DNA of 64,000 nucleotides from positions 5,642,001 to 5,706,000 of the forward strand of contig NC_043014.1 in assembly GCF_006345805.1 (NCBI RefSeq). The letters are read 5' to 3'. The translations under genes and the position numbers were made by a program. Shown in pieces: positions 52,501-63,905 of the stretch. Every line of letters begins with the position of its first letter. Within the stretch, counting starts at the first letter, position 1. The stretch is from Octopus sinensis (taxonomy: Eukaryota). Below the pieces are notes generated by a model. It was not told the origin of the DNA. It saw only the letters and a list, made by a program, of their open reading frames with translations, and made no database searches.

Positions 52501-54866
52501 AGGCTAAAACCGATGTGACCCGGGAACTGGAGCCAACTCTGATCGATTGTTGCCGGCTATTCTCCGCGGCACTACAGACGGACACCACTAAACACACCAT
52601 CCAAATTGAAGTATACAACCTTTCAGTTCAGTGTCTTCGCGCCGCACCCACATCGCCAAAGTTCTCCGTGGGACGGCTAAAACCGATGCGGCCCAGGAAG
52701 TGAAGCCAACTCTGATCGATTGTTGCCGGCCATTCTCCACGCCCACACTGACGGACAGCACTAAACACACCATCCAAATTGAGGTACACAACCTGTTTGT
52801 TCAGTTGCTTCGCGCCGCACCCTCATCGCTGAGTCCGCCGTGGGACGGCTAAAACCGATGCGGCCCAGGAAGTTGAGCCAACTCTGACCGATTGTTGCCG
52901 GCCATTCTCCGCGGCAATACTGACGGACACCACTAAACACACCATCGAAATTGAAGTATACAACCTTTTTATTCAGTATCTACGCGCCGCACCCTCATCG
53001 GCAATGTCCACCGTGGGACGGCTAAAACCGATGCGGCCCAGGAAGTGGAGCCAACTCAGACCGATTGTTGTCGGCCATTCTCCGCGGCAATACTGACGGA
53101 CACCACTATACACACCATCCAAATTGAGGTATACAACCTTTTAGTTCAGTGTCTTCGCGTCTAATCCTCATCGCCGAAGTTCTCCGTGGAACAGCTAAAA
53201 CCGATGCTGCCCAGGAAGTGGAGCCAACTCTGACTGATTGTAGCCGGCCATTCTCCGCGGCAATACTGACGGACACCATTAAACACACGATACAAATTGT
53301 GGTATGCAACCTTTTACTTCAGTGTCTTCGCCCAGCACCCTCATCTCCGAAGTCCTCCGCGGAACGGCTAAAACCGATGCGGTCCTGGAAGTGGAGCTAA
53401 CTCTGACCGATTGTTGCCGGTCATTCTCCGCGGCAATACTGACGGACACTACTAAACACACCATCCAACTGAGGTATACAACCTGTTTGTTCAGTGTCTT
53501 CGCGCCCCACCCTCATCGCCGAAGTCCTCCGTGAAACGTCCTAGAACCGAAGCGGCCCAGGAAGTGGAGCCAACTCTGACCGATTGTTGCCGGCCATTCT
53601 CCGCGGCAATACTGACGGACACCACTAAACACACCATCCAAATCGAAGTATACAACCTTTTAGTTCAGTGTCTTCGCGCCGCACCCTCATCGTCGAAGTC
53701 CTCCGTGGGACGGCTAAATCCGATGCGGCCCAGGAAGTGGAGCCAACTCTGACCGATTGTTGCCAGCCATTCTCCGCGGCAATACTGACGGACACCACTA
53801 AACACACCATCCAAATTGAGATATACAACATTTTACTTCAGTCTCTTCCCGCCGCACCGTCATCACCGAAGTCTTCCGTGGGACGACTAAAACCGAATAG
53901 GCCCGTGAACTAAAACCAAGTCTGATCGATTGTTGCCGGCCATTCTCCGCAGCACTACAGACGGATACCACTAAACACACCATCCAAATTGAGATATACA
54001 ACATTTTACTTCAGTCTCTTCCCGCCGCACCCTCATCGCCGAAGTCCTCTGTGGGAAGGCTAAAATCGATGTGACCCGGGAACTGGAGTCAACTCTGATC
54101 GATTGTTGCCGGCTATTCTCCGCGGCACTACAGACGGACACCACTAAACACACCATCCAAATTGAGATATACAAAATTTTACTTCAGTCTCTTCCCGCCG
54201 CACCCTCATTGCCGAAGTCCTCCGTGGGACGGCTAAAACCGATGTGGCCCATGAACTGAAGCCAACTCTGATCGATTGTTGCTGGCCATTCTCCGCGGCA
54301 CTACAGACGGACACCACTAAACACACCATCCAAATTGAGGTATACAACCTTTCAGTTCAGTGTCTTCGCGCCGCACCCACATCGCCAAAGTTCTCCGTGG
54401 GACGGCTAAAACCGATGCGGCCCAGGAAGTGGAGCCAACTCTGACCGATTGTTGCCGGCCATTCTCCACGTCCACACTGACGGACACCACTAAACACACC
54501 ATCCAAATTGAGGTATACAACCTTTTAGTTCAGTCTCTTCCCGCCGCACCGTCATCGCCAAAGTCCTCCGTGGGACGGCTAAAACCGATGTGGCCCGTGA
54601 ACTGAAGCCAACTATGATCGATTGTTGCCGGCCATTCTCCGCGGCACTACAGACGGACACCACTAATCACACCATCCAAATTGAGGTATACAACTTTTTA
54701 CTTTAGCCTTTTCGCACCGATCCCTCATCGGCGAAGCTCTCCGCGGGACGGCTGAAATCTCTGGAGCCATCTCTGACCGATTGTTGCCGGCCATTCTCCG
54801 CGGCCATTCAGACGGACACCACTAAACACACTTACCCAAATTGAGGTATACATGTTTTTAGTTCAC
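43555..54866. repeat. 173-bp tandem satellite, ~65 monomers, with higher-order repeats
   Basis: Consensus ggagccaactctgaccgattgttgccggccattctccgcggcaatactgacggacaccactaaacacaccatccaaattgaggtatacaaccttttagttcagtgtcttcgcgccgcaccctcatcgccgaagtcctccgtgggacggctaaaaccgatgcggcccaggaagt; ORF-track periodicity of 173. Confidence 0.97.
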
Positions 54867-55783
54867 CTATTCTTTCGTTGTTTAATGCCATCTTCCTCTG
54901 TCTTGTTTTTCCCTATTGAAGTAATTTTATTATTTTTAGTTTCTGTGGTTTATTTCAGATTTCACTTAAATTTTCATCGGCGAAATTTCGCTTTAATTGT
55001 TTGATAATTTAAAATTTTATACTTTTGCTCTTTTTACTTAAATTATCTAAACGAGATTTTGTATTTAGAATGCACAGATTGTAAATTATGCGATAAAACG
55101 AGAGATTAATTGAAGTAAAAGCAATAAATGAATTTTATCAAATTTTCCATCTCAATATCTGAAAATATTGTGATTATTGTTTAATATCAAGTTTCCCTGA
55201 CCCGATTGTGCAAATAATTTGAGCAGGATTCTTAGCGTTTGGATAAAATTACACAGAAAAGTGTTATCTGATCGTATGGAGAAGAAAACAAACATACATA
55301 TTTACATACATGCATTTATATATATACATGTATATAAATACATGTATAACTACATACATATATAAGTACATACACACACATATTTATACACGCACATTCA
55401 CACATATGCTCACACATACACTTACAAATGCTGTGTGCTTGTTGTCAGAGTTTCGGTAAACAAACGAGTCAATATGACCTCCACCCAGAAACATTTCATG
55501 TAAAATGTTGAAAGATATTTAAGTAATAAAATGCGTTTCTGAAGAATCATAACTGGCAAGTAAGTTAAATATCCTCACACGCGCGCGAATACATGTAAAC
55601 GTTAGTATAGGAGGGGTAGGAGTGTCTGTCTGGTAAGTTGCTTGTTTACGAACCACATGGTTCCGGGTTCAGTCCCACTGCGTGGCACCATGGGCAAGTG
55701 TCTTCTATTATATCCTCGGGTCGACCAAAGCCTTGTGAGTGGATTTGATAGACGGAAACTGAAAGAAGCCCGTCGTATATTTG

Positions 55784-55846
<63 letters not shown>

Positions 55847-56022
55847 ATGTATGTATGTATGTGTGTGTGTATGTGTTTGTGTGTCTGTGTTTGTCCCTCC
55901 TACATCGCTTGACAACCGATGTTGGTGTGTTTATGTACCCGTAACTTACCGGTCAGGTAAAAGGGACCGATATAATAAGTACTAGGTTTAAGTCCTGCGG
56001 TCGATTTGCTCGACTAAAGGCG

Positions 56023-56574
56023 CCGAGCAAGTCGGGCGGGACGTCGACGAGAACGGCGGCCACGCCGCCGCCGTTGCAACGTCCCAGAATGGAAATTCCG
56101 CCGGTGACGCTGCCGCTCGACGAGCGGCACGGTGAACGCCGAGCTAAGGCATGCGCTTTAAGAGGGAGACACTTTTGGAAAACAACTCTAGTTCGGTTAC
56201 GGTTCCGGCATAGAGGCGTTCAGCCGTTATCGCTTAGAGGCAGCCTGGCACCATGGTGAGTGCTCAAACAGTTGCTCCTATCCTGCAGTTTCTCTCGCAC
56301 TGAACGGGATAGTCGTAGCTGAGTTGGCGTTGCCGGTGCCCGCCTAAGGTCGGCGGAAGCGTCGGCGGTAGTGAAGGACGACGCGTGAGTGCGCCACCTC
56401 CGTGGCGGCGCACCGTACCCCCGACGCGACTCGGGTCACTGCGTATAGCGTAATGCATCGGTAGGATAAAACTAACCTGTCCCATGACGGCCTAGACAAC
56501 TGACGCTCCATGTTATTGAGTGAACAATCCAACATCGAAGGATCAAAAAGCGACGCCACTGCGAACGCTTGGCC

Positions 56575-56617
<43 letters not shown>

Positions 56618-56816
56618 CGGCGGATGCATAGCTCATCGCTGTTCGGAAAGAATTGATGAGCCACGCTCATCGAAATCGAGCAAGCTTTTGTCGTTTTGCT
56701 CAACGTGTAGTTTCCATCCACGCTGAGCACGCCTTGGGTCACCTATGCTACCGTTTGACATACGTACCGCCCCAGTCAGATTCCCCGACCGACACTGTTC
56801 TTGACTAAGGGTCGCG
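56023..56816 (-). rRNA. 28S rRNA pseudogene, 3' part (domains V-VI), truncated
   Basis: Reverse-complement hallmarks cgaaggatcaaaaagcgac, gccacaagccagttatccctgtggtaacttttctgacacc, taccgccccagtca. ~40-nt peptidyl-transferase-centre deletion at 56533/56534; mutated sarcin-ricin loop; fused to SINE-B at 56022. Confidence 0.93.
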
Positions 56817-59410
56817 ACTAAGAGATCTCCCACTGCCCCACAAAGGAAGGGTGGTAAATTACATAAGTGAAATCCGAGCCGGTAATTTATATTTGTGATC
56901 GGTTCCACACCCTAAACTAAGTCTCTATGACTCCCCGATTCAGTCCGATGGATCTAATGTTGAGGGCTAATCCCTCAGCGTGTTGTAGGTGCTCAACATA
57001 GCAGTTCTGCTAAATAGCTGTCAAAATGACCGGTCTCTAGTGCTCAAGGCGTCCAGTGGGTTGCTCGCAGACGAGCACCAGGCGCCACAGGCATCAACAG
57101 GGAGACTGTATACATCCACCGGCCGCCCAAGCTCTTCTCTCAGAAGAGGAATGAGCGGCCGGTATTTGTACACTTTTTCTAGAGCTACCTCCCTCAAGAC
57201 AGCTCCCTATTCGAAACGAACGGTCACATCAACGACTACCACCTTCTCATGACTGCTAAAAACAAGATCTGGTATAAGTGTGGTGCCCTCCACATGATAG
57301 GAGGGCTCCACACTGACCCTCAAACTGTGGGTCACGGCTTCTCGTGCTACCAAGCCACATAATTTATTATAATTCATTATAATTTATTATACTTGGCAAG
57401 TCTGAGCTTCTTAAGAGGAGCATAGTCTCCACTGACATGCGATATAGTCTCCGTTCCTACTCTACAGCTTGGACACGTGGAGACACCACGGCCACCCCGT
57501 GTCAAGGCTTCACGAGTGGGAAAACATTGGAGGGCATCATGAGTAAACCCAAGAAGCATCCCTCCATTATCTATTATAAAAGAATTCCCCTGCGTGAGAC
57601 CATAAAGAATCTCGGTAGGGAGTACTGCTGTAGCAAGAAGAATTATTGTTGGGGTTTCAGTGGAACCCGGCATATTTTATGAATATACCGGGACACCTGC
57701 TCCACTGAATCTAAATCGAATTCCGGGTATAAAATTTAAGTCCCAGTTAGGACAGCTTATGTTCAGGCTGGACTTCACACAAATCGATACCAGTGAGACT
57801 CGGTGGAGTTTCATTATTGTCAAGGTGGGATTTGCCCCAGCCCCTGATGGAGAACAACGCGCACTTGCCGATATTGATCGCCAGCCCGACCGTACGATAG
57901 AACTCCAGATATCAAACCATAAGTGCCTGAAGCCCATCGCACGAACTCGAGACTAGTACCAAATCGTCAGCGTACGCAAGGCCTGCCACCATAGACCTCT
58001 TAACACTGAGACCGTCGCTACTAGGCAAAATGTCTAGCAGAGGATGGGCGAAAGCGCATTTCTTTGCCTAACACCACGCTGAATCTCTATGGGCTCGCTT
58101 AATTGGCTCCCAACCGAGAATCTGGTTACACTGCCTTCATATACCCCCTCCACGAGCCTTATTAGGTGCTCGTGGAAGCTCAGTCTTCCAACCCCCGCAT
58201 ACACAAGTGAGTGCGGGACCGTGTCGAAGGCTTTTACTAGGTCTATGAAAGCGACTTCCAGCAGCGATATTCTTGACCATGACGGCCACCCCATCGATCG
58301 GCTGACTAGTTGTCAACCTCGATGAATCTCCGTTGGGCAGGATTCAGTGAAGTTACCTGAAGCATTCTCCTGGCGACCCTCTTCGAAAACAGACGATACG
58401 CTGCACAGCATATCGTCAGTGGTTGCCAATTAGAGGTGACCATGGGATCATCTGTCCTTTCGAAATCAGGACGGATCTTCCTTGCTTCAGGACATCGGGA
58501 AATTTCCCGGCCAGCAACATGCTGTTGTACAGGTTTGTGAGGATGATGGGGTCCATGGACTTGATTTCTCGAACAGTAAGTTCATCAGGACCCTCCACTG
58601 AAGATGGATTCATTCCTCGTCGGCTCTTCTTAATTTCCTTCATAGTGGAAAGCCTCACAAAAGACCCTTATCAACTATGGAGGAGACTGATTACTCCGAA
58701 AGGTCGACTTCAGAGCCAGAGACGGAATAGCTCTATAGCGGGCATGGGAATAAGACACCCATGCTCTGAATCCTCACCCATTACAGCTGCTTGGAACATT
58801 TTCCTGTATTTATGTTGAAACCGCTTCATGTTGTTACACCTCCCACACCTACCGGCCACCTCCTCTCTACGTGCCTTACAATGCTCCACCCAGTCCTCAA
58901 CCTTATTTCCGAAGAAATCCCAAACCCCGGGTGATGCGTCCTCCGTGGACTCCAACAGGAACTCGGAGAAGACGGCCTCCCACCGGGAGTGACGGGGAAG
59001 TGCAGCATCGAAGAACAAGTCTCACCAGTTGTTATTTAGAGAAGACTCACCTTCGCGTTGAGTTCTCACCTGAGATTTCTTAGCCAGGCCAACCCTCTTA
59101 GTACCCACCTGTTTAGGTGTTTTATTGAGTAGGTACTGTGTAATGGCCACGTTGATCCTTTTGCACCCAGCTGCTGCCAGCTCAGCTTCCCTCTCGACGA
59201 GTATTGCTACTTCCTCTATGGACCAGCAACCTCTGCTGACATGGCCTGAGGCCGTCGCAGAAGCATCTCCCCTTGCATACTTTATCACCATTTCTTCCTT
59301 GTGCTGTGCGATCCTATGCGCATTAACTGCGAGAGGATGCCCGTGGCGTCAAAAAAGAACGGCTGCAGTGGTCGCAATGGAAGGGAAGCTGAACAGAGCG
59401 GGATGTATCA

Positions 59411-59640
59411 GAGCTGGCAGAATCGTTAGCACGCCGGGCGAAATGCTTAGCTGTATTTCGCCCATCGCTACCTTCTGAGTTCAAATTCTGCCGAGGTCGA
59501 CTTTGCCTTTCATCCTTTCGGGGTCGATAAATTAAGTACCAGTTACGCACGGGAATCGATGTAACCGACTTATGCCCTTTGTCTGTTCTTGTTTGTCCCC
59601 TCTATGTTTAGCCCCTTGTGGGCAATAAAGAAATAAGAAA
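59411..59640 (+). mobile_element. SINE family A inserted in the R2 ORF between its zinc fingers
   Basis: gagctggcagaatcgttagc...gggcaataaagaaataagaaa, antisense to R2. Confidence 0.92.
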
Positions 59641-59811
59641 CCAATGCGCTACTACAGCGTGGCATCTCATAAACTGGAACGGCCCGCTTTCCCTATCGCA
59701 TTTCTCTCACTTGTATACCGGCTTTATTCCATGCGTATACTCCATTTGTTCCTCCATCGTCGGGGGGGGGGGGAGATGAGGACTTACGATGCCAACCGGG
59801 CCCGATTGCAA

Positions 59812-59961
59812 CCAGGAGCGCGCCTAGTTCCCGCCGCCGGACGGACACCCGTCGAGTTCGGGTTCGGGAATAGCAACCCGATTCTCTTTAGATGCGAAGC
59901 CGGCAGCTTGCTTGCGTGCCGGTCTGCGTGCTTGCGTGACGGATCCGACGCCTTTCGTGAA
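59812..59961 (-). other. 150-bp 28S fragment embedded in the R2 5' region
   Basis: 146/150 identical to 61430-61579, same orientation. Confidence 0.93.
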
Positions 59962-60374
59962 CAAGGAACCATCCGTACAGCCAAGGAACGGCCCAACATA
60001 TGACCATAACACCCTAATCGAGTTCAAACCCCACAAACAATAAAGGGTGACCCCCGCCCCCCAGAGTAAGCTACGGGTCCGTTTGGAACAACCGCAACAT
60101 TGCGCCAATAGAGCACAACCGACTATTAACTAGTCCACACGGGACGCGTGGTGGTGAGTCCATCGGTGCCCTAGCTAATCTTAGCGGGGAGGTCCGTGCT
60201 TCTCAGTCAGGATTGCCCATATCTCTGCAAGGTTTCCAACCACCAAGTGGCATCGTTTTGAGAGAAGTGGAACACATTTAGTTTGTCCAAAGTGAGATGG
60301 CCGATCCGGCATGATTGCACGTACTGACATAGTCCCTCCCACGGACGTAAGCCCTCTGAGAGCGGCAAGGAAGT

Positions 60375-62210
60375 GAGTCATAGTTATTCACGCCGTTTAC
60401 CCGCTATTTGGTTAAATTTCTTCAATTTGACATTCAGAGCACTGGGCCGAAATCACATCGCGTTTGTGCGGATAACCGATGCTCTGTTTTAATTAGACTG
60501 TCGAATTCTCCCCGTCCATACCAGTCCCGAGTCGACCGTTCGCCGCTGGCGGAACGCCTGCCATGAGTCCGTGGTATGACAACCGATCCCGCGCGAGGAG
60601 GAGTCAGGCCGCGAGCACCGACGCGACAGCGAGTCCGAAGCCGTGCCGCTCAACGGCATCTCGAGTGAGGAGCCGTGTTGTTCGCGCCCACTACGCCCCA
60701 AGAGCCCTGTATAAAATCGTGTACCGCCAGACAACGCGCTGGGAGGCGAGGAGCACTCTCGCGAGAGAAGGCCACACGCGGATCCGGCGGCGGCGACCAC
60801 CACGTGCGCTCTCCACTGCGCCAAGAAGGCTCGGCGTAGGCAACGGGACCGAACGCAGCCGCAGACACCGTGCAGGGAAAACGGTCCCCGTTAGCCGAAT
60901 ATGCGACCACACAGCGGCGCGAAACGGGTTATTCGTGGTGGCGGCGGCGACGGCCGGAACGGTGACCTGGATGGCGAGTCTGACGCCAACGCTACAGCGC
61001 CAGACCGATCCGCCGTTTCGCGTGAAGACGTGCTCCGGCGCCCGTCGGCGCTACGCCGAGCGAATGGGGAAATGTTCACGCGGGTGCGCGGTGACACACA
61101 CCGACCGATCCGCTCCTCGAAGTCAATCCTTTTTCCGAAATTAAGAATCCACTTTGCCGACTTCCCTTACCTACATAGGCGCTATCGACGAGGGGCTGTA
61201 CATCTCGGTGACCGGCTGCGGATGCGTTACGGACCTGGATTTTCCAGGACTGCCGAGAACGCGCCGGACGCCACCCGAGACGCGGAGCTCTGCAGGTATC
61301 ATATCCGTACCGCCAGATGAGCCGATTGCACGGACGCGGTCCTTTACGAAAGAACTCCCAGTAACGCTCCTGGCTCGCTTGCGTTACCGCTGCTTCGCCC
61401 AGGCGCCGACTTCGACGACGGATGCCCTGCCAGGAGCGCGCCTAGTTCCCGCCGCCGGACGGATACCCATCGAGTTCGGGTTCGGGAATAGCAACCCGAT
61501 TCTCTTTAGATGCGAGGCCGGCAGCTTGCTTGCGTGCCGGCCTGCGTGCTTGCGTGACGGATCCGACGCCTTTCGTGAAAGCTTTCGCCCGCTTCTTCCG
61601 ACCGACTGACCCGTGCTCGACCGCCGTTGACACGGAACACTTCTCCAATTCGGTCTTCGAATGTCTCGTTCCACCGAGATCTGCACCCGCAGTCGGCTTC
61701 ACTCGTTCTCACGCCCGCAACTTCCATGCATGCCGCAGCGCCCTCCTACTTGCCCGGACATTGGAAAGACGCCCTGCCGGAGAACACGCAACCTGTCTCA
61801 CGGCCGCCCCGGCATCGGTCACTCACTCCAGCTCCATCCGTTTTCGGGGTCTGTCGATTCGGCAGGTAAGTTATTGCACACGCCTTAACAGATTCCGACT
61901 TCAGTGTCCACCGTCCTGCAGTCTATATCGACCGAGACCCTTTCAGGGATCTAATGGGCGAAGCCTAGGACACCTTATCCGGACGTTCAGTTCATCCCAC
62001 ATCACCAGTTCTGCTTACCAAATGTGGCCCACTAGGCAACGTGCATTCGTTGGTCGCAATGGCTACGATATACGGCTGCCTCCGATCGGGAGAGGAGCGG
62101 CACGCTTTCCCCGTTCCGAGTTCAAGAGTAGATCGTGGCCGTCAGCGTCCCCGGGCCTCCAGTCGTTTGCTTTACCGGACAGAATTGCGCGTTGTTTTCC
62201 CGCTGACGCT

Positions 62211-62249
<39 letters not shown>

Positions 62250-63392
62250 AACGGCTCGATTGGTCTTTCGCCACTACACTCGGTTCCGACGATCGATTTG
62301 CACGTCAGAAGCGCTTCAGATTTCCACCAGTGTTTCCTCTGGCTTCGTCCCGACCGGGCGTGGATCGCCATCTTTTGAGTCCCCGGCCGCATCATACACC
62401 TGAGTAGGAGCGGCAACGCAAGCGCCCGGAAATGCAGACGTGAACGCGCGTACTCGACCCGGGACCGATGCCTCGAGGCACTGCGCGCACGCTGGCGGTG
62501 ATGACGACGCCCATAGCCGCCGCGACGACCGCCGCACGGGGAGGACGTGTGACGTTATTGCTTTGACTGTGTCATCGGAGTTCGTGAAGTGAAAGGCTGC
62601 AACGACTCGCAGTGGACTGGGACTCCTCTGTCCGTGTTTTAAGACGGGCTGGGTAGGTTGCCGATGCTCGTCGCTGAGCGGCAGGTACGCGCGGATTTTC
62701 GCGAGGGAGGCAACATGGCGAGGTGCGTTAGCCCATCTCCGTCGGTTAGCCGTGCCATCGATTTCGTGGAGCGACGGGCTCGGTCGAGAGAAGTGCGTCG
62801 GTCCTGCCCCGAGCCAGCGGAAGTCAGCAGCGGCGTGGCGCTGCCCTGCGACCTGCGGACTCCACGCAACTAGCGGCTCGACGGGAACTGGTCGTGACGA
62901 CAGATCAGGGTGTAAGTGCGTCCGATGCCGGCGTCCCGGAAATCGAGCGCCGACAAGGCAGCAGACCACCGCCCGCGGAACGAGTTTCCTCCAACGGTGT
63001 GACTTTCCACAGACTGAGTCCCCACGAGAAGCAGTGGACTAAGTCCCCGCGCGATCGCAGTGAGTGGTCCTACCCGTTTACCCCTGGGCGGTTTCTCGAG
63101 CTCTTGAACTCTCTCTAAAGTTCTTTTCAACTCTCCCTCGCGGTATTTGTCGGCTATCGAACTCGTCGTCGTATTTATCCTTGGATGGAGCTTACCACCC
63201 ACTTTGGGCTGAGTTCTCAAGCAACCGGACTCTCAGGCCGAAGAAAAACGCCGATCACCGCCGGCTCTGAATGGGACTGCTACACATCGTGCATCACATC
63301 TCTCGACGACGAGATTCGGCGTTGGGCTTCTCCCAGTTCACTTGCCGTTACTTAAGGAATCCCGGTTGGTTTCCCGGTTGGGAATCCTGGTT
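60375..63392 (-). rRNA. 28S rRNA pseudogene, 5' part
   Basis: Conserved blocks (ctgagggaaacttcggagggaaccagctacta, ccgtgttttaagacggg, gacattcagagcactggg, cttaccaccc..ttgggctg) carry substitutions. The 5'-terminal ACCCGCTGAATTTAAGCATAT region is absent. Confidence 0.93.
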
Positions 63393-63740
63393 GAAGATCC
63401 GCAGAGAGGAACGCCGACCGACGGCGGCGGCAAGTGGTGACCACAGAAGGGAGACAGAGGACAGGAGAAGACGAGACACACCGGACGGGCGGTACCGCGT
63501 GCGAAACCGTGCCTCACTTCCGTTCACTCTTCATCGTCGTGTTCTTCAGCGTTTCTGCTGTGCTCCGCTACCTAGTCCGCCGCGGCGCTGCGCAACGATG
63601 ACGGATTGAGCGGCGTGCGCTAGTCAGGCGGGAAGATGGATTGGAAGGATGAGCTGCGGTGACATTGAGCGGTCCGGATGGAAGTGTCCGTCGCCGCTTC
63701 TTTTCCTTCCGCTTCCCCTGCGTGCCCTTTCCTGCGATTC
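63393..63740 (-). other. ITS2-like spacer
   Basis: GC-rich sequence between 5.8S and 28S. Confidence 0.7.
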
Positions 63741-63905
63741 CGCCTTCCGTCCGGATGGGGCCCCTGGGACGATGGGATCCCGGGGTCGCGATGTGCGTTC
63801 AAGTTGTCGATGTTCACTGTGTCCTGCAATTCACATGAGTTCACGCGGTTATACCGGTATAACCACGTGAACTCGACAAGCCGGATGATCCCTCGTCCAG
63901 AGTTT
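63741..63905 (-). rRNA. 5.8S rRNA pseudogene
   Basis: Reverse complement atgtgaattgcaggacacagtgaacatcgacaacttgaacgcacatcgcg. The GATGAAGAACGCAG motif is replaced by a 38-nt palindrome. Confidence 0.9.

Larger units (their letters stand above)
56817..60374 (-). mobile_element. R2 non-LTR retrotransposon, degenerate, at the canonical 28S target
   Basis: Starts right after 28S ...aactatgactc. Two C2H2 fingers (59644-59709 with C>stop; ~59300-59376), Myb (CWSIEEVAILVEREAEL), RT (SVEGPDE, AFIDLVKAFDTVPH, RGVRQ, YADD at 57963-57974), CCHC (CPSCRVGTETISH), RLE (PDLV..VVVVDVTVRFE..EKVYKY). Multiple stops and frameshifts. Confidence 0.93.

Noticed and set aside
43555-54866. Protein-coding tandem gene family, or tandem ribozyme/5S/tRNA genes
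   Set aside because: The 173-bp period shifts frame each unit and stops are frequent. No complete hammerhead, HDV or twister core, no Pol III boxes and no CENP-B box (TTCGNNNNANNCGGG) found.
60090-60374. HDV-like ribozyme at the R2 5' end
   Set aside because: A P2-like pairing (agcacgg/ttgtgct) and a cctccccgct L3-like motif exist, but P3 does not pair and no C-containing J4/2 is evident; at best degenerate.
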